A stretch of 64,000 nt of DNA from an uncultured bacterium. GTDB taxonomy: Bacteria; Chloroflexota; UBA5177; JANWHV01. A model generated the notes under the pieces. It did not search any database, was not told the DNA's origin, and saw nothing but the letters and a program-made list of their open reading frames with translations. The DNA lies in NCBI GenBank assembly GCA_963827235.1, contig CAWHAE010000019.1, positions 1 through 64,000 of the forward strand, read 5' to 3'. Position 1 is the stretch's first letter; each line of letters begins with the position of its first letter. The position numbers were made by a program, and so were the translations under genes. This document shows, piece by piece, positions 9,669 to 19,686 of the stretch.

Positions 9669-10814
9669 TCATCGATTGTCGAAGCTCCCGAACCTCTGAT
9701 AGTGGTCCCCTGTCTCCAGGTGGACAGTTTTGGGTGCCGTGGCTCCCAGAAACGATGGGCGCGGTGGTGCAGCATGATCCGTGTGAGGATGACGGTAGTC
9801 GATGTAACGCCGGAACGGAATCGGACGGCCCACAGAAACTCGCAGCTTGTTGGCCGCAACCCAAGCGATAGGCCCGATCCGGGGTAGGCGAGAGAACCGG
9901 GGGTTTCTCATAGCCGGTCTGGCGGACCCGACCATCCAGCAATTCTGTGTGCACTGCGCCACCAGATCCCGAGCGCGCGCCGCCGCATCGCCCTCGACGA
10001 TCTCGCTCCAGCTTTGCTGCTCAAGGTTGCCGATCAGAAGATCCGGCCGGACGTTGCAGGCGTACACGTCGGCAAATGGATCGACGAACGCGAATCCGCT
10101 GCCGGCCATGCAAGGAAGCAGGCGGTCATGCCCGAGGACCTTCGCAATGAGGCCGAGGTTAAGGTAGGCGCGGAACCAGCTCTTGACGTTTTGTGTCTTG
10201 AGCTGCTCGACGATCAGCCGCTCAATGCCCCTGGCGATCTTCACGCGCGCATAGGGTACGTTGTCGTTCTTGTGGAACTGAAAGCCGTTGTGCAGTGCCG
10301 AGGTCGCCATCTCCACGCACATGTCGCGGGCCAGATGAAAGAGCTCCACCAGCTCCTCGGCGTTGTCGTCCTGTATCGTAACTCCGAACCCGAGGTCCGT
10401 TCCCCCCAGCTCCTTCAACCGGCGCAGTCCCGCCAGCTTCGTCTCGTAGCCGTGCATCTCGCCGCGCAGCTTGCTGTTGGTATCGGCACAGCCTTCCAGG
10501 CTGAATCGGATCTTGACGTCGGGGTGCCGCCTGACGATTGGTTCCAGGCGCTCCGGATGCAACCCGTTGCTGCTGATCTCCAGCGTCTTAGCCTTGGGGT
10601 ACAGCAGGTCGACGACGTCGGCGAGGTCCAACCTGAGGGTCGGCTCGCCTCCCGTCAGGTTGAGATTGTCGATGCCACTTGGCAGCTTCGCCAGCGCGTC
10701 CAGCGTGACTTCCCGTTGCGGCACGGTCGGATTCTGCCAGACGTAGCACATCGAACACTTGGAGTTGCAGCGGTACGTCAGAATTACAGAAATATCCACT
10801 TTGCTCCTCGCCAT
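9669..10814 (-). CDS. radical SAM protein with SPASM/twitch-like C-terminus
   Basis: CNSKCSMC, TGGEP, SSNG; C-terminal CMAG..VYACN..CTQNCW; start taken at ATG 10814. Confidence 0.9.
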   Translation of the reverse strand: MARSKVDISVILTYRCNSKCSMCYVWQNPTVPQREVTLDALAKLPSGIDNLNLTGGEPTLRLDLADVVDLLYPKAKTLEISSNGLHPERLEPIVRRHPDVKIRFSLEGCADTNSKLRGEMHGYETKLAGLRRLKELGGTDLGFGVTIQDDNAEELVELFHLARDMCVEMATSALHNGFQFHKNDNVPYARVKIARGIERLIVEQLKTQNVKSWFRAYLNLGLIAKVLGHDRLLPCMAGSGFAFVDPFADVYACNVRPDLLIGNLEQQSWSEIVEGDAAARARDLVAQCTQNCWMVGSARPAMRNPRFSRLPRIGPIAWVAANKLRVSVGRPIPFRRYIDYRHPHTDHAAPPRPSFLGATAPKTVHLETGDHYQRFGSFDNR

Positions 10815-10995
10815 GCTTCCCGCACTGCTCCGCGCACCATAGCTGACCCTGGCTGATCCCGGACGCCGGCTGCGCGCTTTTCGTGCGTCACATCCGCGTG
10901 CGTATCCATTTGGCAACGACGAATCAATTCCATAATAGCATGTGGCCGCAAGCCGTCCCTGCATGCGCGGCCGCACGCGTGCGCCAGAGCCGGCG

Positions 10996-12210
10996 TCACG
11001 CCGCAGTCGCGTGGGACCGCATGGCCTCGCCGTACACCTCCATCAACCGCGCGTAATATGCTTCGATCGAGTACCGCTTCGCCTTGCGTACCAGGCGATC
11101 GGAGAACTCGCTCAACAGGCGCCGATCTTCATAGAGCAGCCTGATCTTCTTTGCCAGGTCGTCGGCGCTACCCGGCTCAAAGAGCAGACCGTCCGATCCG
11201 TCATCGACAAGCTCGGGAATGCCGCCGATCCTTGAGCCAACCACGGGCCTTCCGAACGCGATCGATTCGAGAATCGACATCGGGCAGTTCTCGTACCACT
11301 CAGATGGGTATACGGTGAACAGACTCTCCCGAACGAGCCCGCGCAGCTCGTCACCCTGCTTGAAACCGACAAGCTCGACGTTCGTGCAGCCGGCGGCCTG
11401 TTCCGATAGCGGACCATCGCCGGCGACGAGAAATCGAATGTGGGGCAGCATGCTGCATGCATCGACGAGGGTCGCAATACCCTTCTCTCTTGACAGGCGG
11501 CCGAAGTACAGTACGTAGTCGCCCAGGGATCCCGGCGCAGCACGTTCTGATGCGCTGACCGCGTTTGGGATCACGGCGATCTGCCGCCGGTCGACTCCGG
11601 ACTGCACGAGCTTGTCCGCATAGAACTGGCTTGGGCATATCAGTCTGTCGATGTGTCGGTAGCTCCTGAGCCCGCGGTACAGGTAACCTTCAAGGGCGCC
11701 AATGACGCTCTTCAGGAAGGAGCCGTGGATGCACTTGGTCGTCGCGCAGCTCAGATAGTGCCCTCCGATGCACCGCTCGCAGACCTGATTGGTGCTCACA
11801 TTGAAGAGCAGATGGGAGGGGCACACCATGGCTGCGTCGTGCACGGTATGCACCATGGGAATGCCATGGGCCCGAATCTCGTAAATGATTGACGGCGTCA
11901 GCTGGAAGTTGAAGATGCCGATGTGCACGATGTCCGGCTTGAACGAGTTCAAATACCAGCGGATCTTGCGGCGGGCCTCTCCCGAGTAGATCACACGCAG
12001 GGGATACGTCACCCTGTCTATGGAGCTGCTATGAAAGTCCAGGTTGCGCACCAGCCTCCGATCGCTGGCGGCAACGACGTTCCTGTCGTCGGCCATGCCG
12101 AAGAACTCTATGTCATGCCCGTGCTGCATCAGATAGTCCGTCAAACCAAACATGTAAGACTCGCTACCGCCACGGGGATACAGGAACTTGTTGACGAAGA
12201 GGATTCTCAT
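10996..12210 (-). CDS. glycosyltransferase family 4
   Basis: MRILFVNKFLYPRGGSE, YFGRLSREKG, PSEWYENCPMSILES, GGIPELV; start taken at ATG 12210. Confidence 0.93.
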   Translation of the reverse strand: MRILFVNKFLYPRGGSESYMFGLTDYLMQHGHDIEFFGMADDRNVVAASDRRLVRNLDFHSSSIDRVTYPLRVIYSGEARRKIRWYLNSFKPDIVHIGIFNFQLTPSIIYEIRAHGIPMVHTVHDAAMVCPSHLLFNVSTNQVCERCIGGHYLSCATTKCIHGSFLKSVIGALEGYLYRGLRSYRHIDRLICPSQFYADKLVQSGVDRRQIAVIPNAVSASERAAPGSLGDYVLYFGRLSREKGIATLVDACSMLPHIRFLVAGDGPLSEQAAGCTNVELVGFKQGDELRGLVRESLFTVYPSEWYENCPMSILESIAFGRPVVGSRIGGIPELVDDGSDGLLFEPGSADDLAKKIRLLYEDRRLLSEFSDRLVRKAKRYSIEAYYARLMEVYGEAMRSHATAA

Positions 12211-12364
12211 TGCCGATCCGATCCGGAATCCAGACTCCACGAATCGAGAGCGCGCCATCCGCCCGGCAGCAGGCTCTTGCGCATGGCAAGTATCGCACAA
12301 AGCCCAGTGCGGCGCTAGATAGGCCAGACGTGCCAAATAGTATGAAAACGCCCAGCTTGAGCGG

Positions 12365-14131
12365 GTGCCGGGGCAGATCAGTTACCATGTCCTACAGTTG
12401 TTGGAAGGAGGCGCACCCGCGTCACACGAGATGGCTGGATCGACCGGCGACGTACCTAGGCGTGCCCTGCGCATCGGACTCGTGCTCAGCCGAGTCCGGC
12501 AACCGGCGTGGCTGTGCAAGGTCGTGGCCGACCTGGCGAGCAGCACGATCGCGGAAATCGCCCTGGTGATCGTCGGCCCTTCTGCTCGGCGTCGCCGCCC
12601 GCGTGCATGGGATCTAGCCGGCTGGAGAGCATACCACGTTTTCGACGAGCACTTTTTCCCCGTTCAGCCGGATGCTCAGACAGTGGCAAGCATCGAAACC
12701 GCCATCACTAGCGTGCCGGCCGTGCACGTGCGTGCACTATCGTCCGCGGAGATCACAAGCCGGGTGCGAGAGAGCGCGCTCGACGCGCTGCTCCTCCTGG
12801 ATAGCGTTGTGCTACCGCGCGATGCTCTGTTGGCGCCGGCCTACGGAGCGTGGTCGTTCGTCCGCGACCCGGGCGTGCTCACTGTCGACGAGGTGGGAGT
12901 GCCGGAAGTGGTTCGCGGCGTGCCATTCACCACGACGTCGCTCTATCGGCTCGACCAGGGACAGTCGCAAGTGCTTGTCGCCTCGACCGGACCGACATTG
13001 CCGCTGTCTGCTGGGCGCAATCACAACCGCTCGCTGTGGCGACTCAGCGAGCTGCCCATGCGGGCAGTTCGTGCTGTTTATGACGGCCAGCCGCCGCAGG
13101 TCCTGACACATGCCGCCGATGGCCTGCTGTCCGAGGAGAACGGGTTGCTGCTTAGGCGCCCGCCCAACCTGGTCGACCTCGTCGAGCTGGGTTCGCGACT
13201 GGTAGCTAGAGCCGCGAGAGGCGCCGCCCAACGGATCTCGAGCAAGCTGGCTCGAGAGAGCACCTGGTCGCTTGGCCTGGGTGCATACGCCCCCGGTTCG
13301 GGCAAGTCCGGTTCTACCGCGCGGTTCGCGCCTCTCGTCGCGCCGAAGGATCGATTCTGGGCCGATCCGTGCGTGGTACAAGACGGCGGCGCGGCTTTCA
13401 TCTTTGTCGAAGAATACCTGTTCAAAGAACACCGCGGCCGGATCGCAGTACTCGAGACGCACGACCGACGGCTTACATCACCATCGGTACCGGTCATCGA
13501 GCGGCAGTCGCACCTCTCGTACCCGTTTGTGTTCACGTGGAATGATGCCTACCACATGGTGTTCGAAAGCTCCGCCGACGAGACAGTTGAGCTTTACCGC
13601 TGTCGCCGGTTCCCGGATCGCTGGGAGCTGGTCAAGGTGCTCATGAGCGGTGTGCGAGCGCTAGACGTTACCTTGACTGAGTTTGGCGGGCGCTGGTGGC
13701 TGTTTACCACTCTTGAGATTCCGGGACAGGCCACAAACGATGAGCTCCACCTGTTCTTCGCCGATTCACCACTGGGGCCGTGGCACCCACACCCACGGAA
13801 TCCTGTGAAATCCGATGTCCGTTCGGCACGACCGGCCGGGCGAGTATTCGCCAGCGGACAGCATCTCTATCGCCCCGCCCAGGACTGTTCGGTGCGCTAC
13901 GGGTACGCACTGTCGTTCAACAGGATCGAGGAGCTCAGTGAGACTGCCTACCAGGAGGTCGAGATCGAACGGCTGGTCCCCTCGCGGCGAAGCGGCATAT
14001 TGGCGGTGCACACCTTCAATCGGGCCGAAGACCTGGCGGTCGTCGACGTCATGACCCGAAAATGGAAGTGGACGACTGCCCACTTTGACTCCGGCGCCGT
14101 GGAGATACCGGTGCTTCGGCCCAGTTCGTAG
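12365..14131 (+). CDS. EPS-associated protein with C-terminal five-bladed beta-propeller (GH43/glucosamine-IPC transferase-like) domain
   Basis: FWADP, HLSYPFVF, HPRNPV, ARPAG, YRPAQDC..YG, HTFN motifs; N-terminal half resembles a degenerate formyltransferase-like domain; start uncertain. Confidence 0.75.
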   Translation: MPGQISYHVLQLLEGGAPASHEMAGSTGDVPRRALRIGLVLSRVRQPAWLCKVVADLASSTIAEIALVIVGPSARRRRPRAWDLAGWRAYHVFDEHFFPVQPDAQTVASIETAITSVPAVHVRALSSAEITSRVRESALDALLLLDSVVLPRDALLAPAYGAWSFVRDPGVLTVDEVGVPEVVRGVPFTTTSLYRLDQGQSQVLVASTGPTLPLSAGRNHNRSLWRLSELPMRAVRAVYDGQPPQVLTHAADGLLSEENGLLLRRPPNLVDLVELGSRLVARAARGAAQRISSKLARESTWSLGLGAYAPGSGKSGSTARFAPLVAPKDRFWADPCVVQDGGAAFIFVEEYLFKEHRGRIAVLETHDRRLTSPSVPVIERQSHLSYPFVFTWNDAYHMVFESSADETVELYRCRRFPDRWELVKVLMSGVRALDVTLTEFGGRWWLFTTLEIPGQATNDELHLFFADSPLGPWHPHPRNPVKSDVRSARPAGRVFASGQHLYRPAQDCSVRYGYALSFNRIEELSETAYQEVEIERLVPSRRSGILAVHTFNRAEDLAVVDVMTRKWKWTTAHFDSGAVEIPVLRPSS

Positions 14132-14253
14132 CCTGAGCTCACGCCGGGGCAGAATGGGCACCACGCCGGCTACAAGAGTTTGTGTCTGCCCCGCGATCCG
14201 TGCGAAGCCCACGGGAGCTCACCGTAAGGTGCAGCTGCGGGTCTTCCCTGAGC

Positions 14254-15411
14254 CTAGGGACGACCAATGCTGGTGCGATACAGGTCGATCAGCTTGCTCA
14301 CACTGGTCCGTACGTCGAACGTGCTGCCGGTAAGCTGTGCGAGCGCGTCCACCTGCGAGACCGGCTTTGGCCGGCACATCGCCTCAAGGATGGCCTCCGC
14401 CCACGGCGATGGCGATTCAGAAAGTGCGAGGTGGCGCACCAGCGGCGCCACCATGTCCGCCTCGTGGGCAACTCTGTCGGAGAGCAGGCACGGCAAGCCC
14501 GCTGCCTGCGCTTCAATGCAGACGACGGGGAGCGCTTCGCGCAGGGACGGCAGGAGCAGCACGTCAAACGCGCCCAGCATGATCTGCGGAACATCCGAGC
14601 GCGTGCCGGCAAACACTACTCGGTCTCGAATGCCCAGACTGCTCGCTTTGCCTTCAATAGCGCTCTGCAGCGGGCCACCGCCAACCAGCACGAGCACCGC
14701 GCTCTCGTCGCGTCGAAATACCTCGGCTGCCACGTCGAGCAAATACAGGTGGTTCTTCTCCGGTGCGAACCTGCCAACGTGTCCAAGGACGTGTGCGTCC
14801 GGTTGAATGCCGAGCGCGGCACGGACGGATCGACGGTCGACCTCCTGGGAGAAGGGCCGCAGATCCACGCCGGGGTGGAGCACCTGGAATCGAGGGTCGG
14901 ATCTCCAGCGGCGCCCGAACTGCGATCGCGCCGCTCCGGCGCTCGCCGCCAGACCCAGCGTCGCATAACGGCGGATCAAGGCGCTCGAGAATAGTATGTA
15001 CGCCCTCCGTGCCCGAGAGATCCCTTCCAGCTGGCGCAGGTCGCTGTGGCAGTGCGCGACGCGTCCGCGGACTCCCGCTCGCCGAGCGTGCCACATGACG
15101 ACCCCAGTATGGATGCTGCCGTGCGTATGGACCACGTCGTACCGTGGCTGGTCGCGCATGATTTGCCCGAAGCGCTTGACGAACACCCAAGGGTGAGACC
15201 AGTCGACGCCGCGAAAGATCTCGCTGCCGCGGCTCTCGATTTCGTCGTCGTACGCAGCGTGCGCGGTAGAACCAACCGCGAAGTCCATGTGAATCTGGTC
15301 GGGCGCCGCGGAACGAAGCAAGTACATGAGCCACGTCTCCATGCCGCCCTGGTTCATACTCCACAGCATATGCAGAACGCGGAGGGGCCGACCTTCGGAC
15401 TGGCCTTCCAT
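14254..15411 (-). CDS. glycosyltransferase family 4 (EpsF-like)
   Basis: GGMETWL, GHVGRFAPEKNH, PSLREALPVVCIEAQAAGLP. Confidence 0.93.
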   Translation of the reverse strand: MEGQSEGRPLRVLHMLWSMNQGGMETWLMYLLRSAAPDQIHMDFAVGSTAHAAYDDEIESRGSEIFRGVDWSHPWVFVKRFGQIMRDQPRYDVVHTHGSIHTGVVMWHARRAGVRGRVAHCHSDLRQLEGISRARRAYILFSSALIRRYATLGLAASAGAARSQFGRRWRSDPRFQVLHPGVDLRPFSQEVDRRSVRAALGIQPDAHVLGHVGRFAPEKNHLYLLDVAAEVFRRDESAVLVLVGGGPLQSAIEGKASSLGIRDRVVFAGTRSDVPQIMLGAFDVLLLPSLREALPVVCIEAQAAGLPCLLSDRVAHEADMVAPLVRHLALSESPSPWAEAILEAMCRPKPVSQVDALAQLTGSTFDVRTSVSKLIDLYRTSIGRP

Positions 15412-15500
15412 TCTGACACCTCCTCACAGGACGAAACCGTTGGGTGCGCTCTGGCCATGGCACGCGCGCGATCTCGGGTACGTTCCAAAGAGATCCGCGG

Positions 15501-16676
15501 CTACTGCAGCACGCTCCGATACACTTCCATGTTGTCCTCAACGACTCGCCGCCACGAGAATCGCGTATCCAGACGGCTCCGCACCTGGTCCTGCATGTCG
15601 CGTCGCAAAGTATCGTCCGCCAGCATACGGATGAGAGCGCCGGACAGGGCGGGCACGTCGCGAACCGGCACAAGCATTCCGGTCGTTCCCTCTTCTACGT
15701 ACTCGGGCAGCCCGCCGGTGGCAGTCGCGACCACGGGCTTGCCAAACGCGTACGCTGTCAGCACTACACCGCTTTGCGTTGCATCTTCGTACGGGCACAC
15801 GACTACGGCAGCCTGCTGGAACAATCGGGCAAGCTCGGCGTTGCGAATGTACCTGTTCATGATCTCGATGGTGCCTCCGTTCGGGAGGGCCGGCGCCTCC
15901 GGCAAACGGTAGCCGGGCACGGACGCACCCGCTATGGTGAAACGCACATTCGGGATGGCCTCGGCCACCCGCGGCGCGGCAGCAAAGAGGACTTCGAGTC
16001 CCTTGTATCTTGAGAGCCGGCCGAAAAACAGAATCCTGTTTGCCTCCTCCGGAACCGGCTCCTCTGTCCATTTTGTAAAGATGCCGTATGCCCCGAGTCG
16101 CACCACGTGAACGCGGTCGGCCGGGATGTGATAACGCCGCTGAAATGCCGAGCGAAGCGTCGAGCTATGAAGAATGAACCTGCGAACTCGCGGGAAGACG
16201 AGCTTGCATGCCAGCTCATAGCGCCAGTCCTCTTCGCCCGAGTGCGCCTCAGGATCGTGCACATTGAGTACAGTCCGAATCCCCTTCAGTCTCGACATGC
16301 TCCAGCCGAGCCGCAACGACGGATCGTCGATATGCAGAATGTCTGGATCGAGAGACCGAAGATACCTCGCGATCTTCCTGCTGTCGCGCCACGTGACCGG
16401 GTGAACGCTCTTAGGGTGGCTGTACACGGCGAGGCGGAAGCTGGCAGCGTTCTCCCAATACTGGGCGACCGAGCTCGGAAAGCAAGGTCGAAGTACCGGA
16501 TCGGCCTCGGTGATACCGGCCGGCAACGCAACCGGCGGCACGTCAAACAGACTGCTGGTCCAGTCAGAGGGCGAAAGGTCGAGTACCAGGTGTACGTCGT
16601 TGGTCATGCTCAGGGCGTGCGCATACGACAGGCCTTCGTCGAAGTAGCATGGACGGGTGTAATACACTATGCGCAT
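15501..16676 (-). CDS. glycosyltransferase family 4
   Basis: FFGRLSRYKGL, PYEDATQSGV, GGLPEYV. Confidence 0.93.
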   Translation of the reverse strand: MRIVYYTRPCYFDEGLSYAHALSMTNDVHLVLDLSPSDWTSSLFDVPPVALPAGITEADPVLRPCFPSSVAQYWENAASFRLAVYSHPKSVHPVTWRDSRKIARYLRSLDPDILHIDDPSLRLGWSMSRLKGIRTVLNVHDPEAHSGEEDWRYELACKLVFPRVRRFILHSSTLRSAFQRRYHIPADRVHVVRLGAYGIFTKWTEEPVPEEANRILFFGRLSRYKGLEVLFAAAPRVAEAIPNVRFTIAGASVPGYRLPEAPALPNGGTIEIMNRYIRNAELARLFQQAAVVVCPYEDATQSGVVLTAYAFGKPVVATATGGLPEYVEEGTTGMLVPVRDVPALSGALIRMLADDTLRRDMQDQVRSRLDTRFSWRRVVEDNMEVYRSVLQ

Positions 16677-16681
16677 TGGAG

Positions 16682-17590
16682 TTACCGCTTGTCGGGTCCG
16701 GCGACGCCGAGCGCGAAATGCGTGACGGCTCGCACAACTGCTGCTGCATGGCGCAGCCTTCGTCTTCGTACGCTGCGAGCGATCTCCCGCAGGTAGTCCG
16801 CGCTGATTTTCCCCACATGCTTCATGCGAAAAGCCTTGGTGCGATTACGCTTTACGAAGTAGAGCCGATTGCGCATCAAGAGGTAGAGGTAGCGCGGCGA
16901 AGCGAAGTCCCAGCTCATGCCGCCGTGGTGCCAGGCATGGGCCTGGGGCACGAGCAAGAGGCGGTAACCACGATCCCTTGCGCGGATACACCAGTCTGAC
17001 TCCTCGTAGTAGGCGAAGAACGGTTCCCAGAATTGGCCCACGTCTTCCCAGGCGCCGCGTGCAATCATCATCGCACAGCCGTGCAGGCCCTGGCGATCCG
17101 TAATCGTGGCAAACTGGCCGTCGTCGTGCGCATTCCAGCCGATCTGGGTCGCCTCGCCCGTCTCCCGATTGAGTCCAAGCCCTGCAGATTGGATGACTTC
17201 CGGCGGCGAGAAGTTGTAGATCAAGGGCATCGCTGCTGCAATGCCTGGCTCGCCTCGCAGCACGTCCACGAGCAGCCGAATGGCAGATGGCGACACGACG
17301 GCATCGTTGTTGAGCAGGAACACAAACTCCGCCCCTTGGCGCAGGGCCTCCGCGATGCCTCGGTTTGCAGAGCCGGCGAAGCCCTTGTTTGTGGCGTTGC
17401 GCACGACAATAGTGTCGCGAAATGTGGAAGCTACCTCCTCCAGTGCGTGGTCCGTCGAGCAGTCGTCGACGACTATCACTTCCTGAGGTGCGTGGTCGGA
17501 CCGGCACAGTGAGCCAAGCGTCTCGAGCAGATGAGCTCCGCCGTTGTAGTTCGGGATCACCGTGACGACCAGCGGCGATGAGGCGACCAC
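16682..17590 (-). CDS. glycosyltransferase family 2 (rhamnosyltransferase-like)
   Basis: VIPNYNG, VDDCSTD, NKGFAGSANRG, LLNNDA, FFAYYEESDWC. Confidence 0.93.
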   Translation of the reverse strand: MVASSPLVVTVIPNYNGGAHLLETLGSLCRSDHAPQEVIVVDDCSTDHALEEVASTFRDTIVVRNATNKGFAGSANRGIAEALRQGAEFVFLLNNDAVVSPSAIRLLVDVLRGEPGIAAAMPLIYNFSPPEVIQSAGLGLNRETGEATQIGWNAHDDGQFATITDRQGLHGCAMMIARGAWEDVGQFWEPFFAYYEESDWCIRARDRGYRLLLVPQAHAWHHGGMSWDFASPRYLYLLMRNRLYFVKRNRTKAFRMKHVGKISADYLREIARSVRRRRLRHAAAVVRAVTHFALGVAGPDKR

Positions 17591-17931
17591 CTATGCGTCC
17601 TCTCGGTCGTCCTGGACCAGCTACACCTTCGCAACCCGCGAGCAACTCACCAGGCTCATGCGTTTCGAAGTATCTCACAAAGCGCGCGCGTGCGCCATAT
17701 ACCTGAATGTTCTATTGGAGTGACGGGCACGAAGCAGCTAGCATGGCTACACACAGCATGACGACACCGCATTCCGCGCAGGACATACGAAGGACAACCT
17801 GCCGAGAAAACGTGAGCGGCGACGACCTCGCTTCAGGCTCGCGCTGCCTCGGAAACGTGGGGCCGAGCACCCAACGGGCTGCCGGAACAGCCTGCCTGGT
17901 CGGATTGAACGCTTGGCAATTCTCTAGCGAT

Positions 17932-17960
17932 ATGCATTGGGCCCGTAGGCTGCCTATAAT
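17932..17960 (+). promoter_or_regulatory. promoter for the flippase gene
   Basis: Perfect TATAAT at 17955-17960; weak -35 ATGCAT at 17-bp spacing. Confidence 0.45.
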
Positions 17961-18130
17961 GAACGTGATGTCGCAGGCATATGCTGGCGTGCGCGGTGAC
18001 GCGCCTTGGTGCATCGGGGCCCGCCGCGTGTCCCGTCAGTGGTGTTGCAGTGGGTGAAGTGAGTGCCGGCAGCGGCCCGGGCGAGTGCGCGCCGGAAGCG
18101 GCAGTGGCAGGCTCCAGCACTGCTGCCAGC

Positions 18131-19570
18131 ATGCGAACGGTATCCGCGAATACGGCGGTGTTGACATTCGGCCAGCTCCTCAGCCGTGTGACCGGCCTCG
18201 TCTTCATGCCTTTCATAGCCCGGCATCTCGGGAGCGCCGCTCTGGGCTCCTACAATCTCAGCAACGTGCTGGTCAGCTATTTCTCGGTGATCGTACTCTT
18301 TGGCTTCGCACCTCTCGTCATTCGTGACATGGTGAGCCGGCCGGCCGACGAGCGACGGATCTTTGGCGAGTCCCTTGCGGCCCGACTCTGGCTCGCGGCG
18401 ATCAGCATGCCGGTGCTAATCGTGATGCTTTACTTCTCCCACTATCCGACAGCAATCAACGAGATGACGCTCATCCTGAGCGTAGGTCTGTTTGCGATTG
18501 CCGTTACCGATGCCACGGCTACGGTGTTCCAAGCACGGCAGCAGATGGCCTATTCCGTCCTCACAACGCTATCTGGAACCGCCGTCTACTTGGTGTTCGG
18601 GTGCATCGCGCTCTATGCCGGTACCGGCGTCATCGGATTGTGCGTCGCCAATGCCCTGGGCATGGCGGCCCGGGCGATCATGGCGCTTGCCATTGTGGCC
18701 CGGCGATTCTACGCACCGGTTATCTACTGGAGCTGGCAGCACGGGCGGCAACTGATGCTGCGAGCGCTGCCCTTCTTCCTTGCCGGCGTATCGACCACGA
18801 TCCTCAACAACATAGACGTTGCCATTCTCTCGCACATGGTGCCTCTGAAAGCAGTCGGGTATTACGTCGCGGGTTATCTCTTCCTGACGATGGCGCTGTA
18901 CTTGCCCGACGCGTTCGCGCAAGCGACGTACCCAACCCTGGCGCGCACGGCTAGCGAACGCCTGGGCGACCTGCAAGGGACCACTCAGCAATTCTATCGT
19001 CTGATGGTGATCATATCTATCGCGATCATCATCGCTGTAGAGGCGTGGGCACCGTTGCTGATTCGAACGCTCTATGGACGCGGTTTTGAGCAATCGGCAC
19101 AGGTGCTCGAGATTGTGATCTGGAGCGTGGTCCTCGTGGCCTATTGTGATAACGTCGGCCGCGCGATCTACGCGGCCGGCGGCCAGTGGTCTCTGCTTAT
19201 CGTCAACGGGGTCGCCTCCATCAGCAATGTCGTGCTCAACGTCGCGCTCATCGGGCCGTTCGGCATCATCGGCGCTAGCATTGCGACGGTCGTCAGCTTC
19301 GCAGTTGCCTGCTACCTGCATTCCATCTGGGCCAAGCGCTACCATTGTGCGGTGAGGCTCAGGCCGTTTCTCTGGGCTGTTCCGTCAACTGCCGCGGCGC
19401 TGTCTGTTGCCTTCGCCGTTTCGCGCGTCAGCGATTTGGCGGCATGCCCGCTCGCACTGGCGACATACGGGCTCTGCTTGGTCGTGTTCCGTGTCCTGCG
19501 TGAGGAAGAAATCGCCCTGCTCAGATCGCTTGCGGGACGCGTTCGTCTTCGACTGCAACCGGGCCGGTAA
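18131..19570 (+). CDS. wzx: Wzx-type oligosaccharide flippase
   Basis: ~14 hydrophobic segments; ARHLG..LG.Y, NIDVAIL, VGYY, NVVLNVALI..FGIIGASIAT; start could be further upstream. Confidence 0.9.
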   Translation: MRTVSANTAVLTFGQLLSRVTGLVFMPFIARHLGSAALGSYNLSNVLVSYFSVIVLFGFAPLVIRDMVSRPADERRIFGESLAARLWLAAISMPVLIVMLYFSHYPTAINEMTLILSVGLFAIAVTDATATVFQARQQMAYSVLTTLSGTAVYLVFGCIALYAGTGVIGLCVANALGMAARAIMALAIVARRFYAPVIYWSWQHGRQLMLRALPFFLAGVSTTILNNIDVAILSHMVPLKAVGYYVAGYLFLTMALYLPDAFAQATYPTLARTASERLGDLQGTTQQFYRLMVIISIAIIIAVEAWAPLLIRTLYGRGFEQSAQVLEIVIWSVVLVAYCDNVGRAIYAAGGQWSLLIVNGVASISNVVLNVALIGPFGIIGASIATVVSFAVACYLHSIWAKRYHCAVRLRPFLWAVPSTAAALSVAFAVSRVSDLAACPLALATYGLCLVVFRVLREEEIALLRSLAGRVRLRLQPGR

Positions 19571-19686
19571 ACGCAATCCTCAAGTGCTGGCATCGTGCGG
19601 CCCCCGCGCGACGGACCCAGATCCCAGTATTAGGCGTCCTAGAGACCGCATGAGTCTGCCGGGTGCCCCGTCGACGCCTCTGCCGG

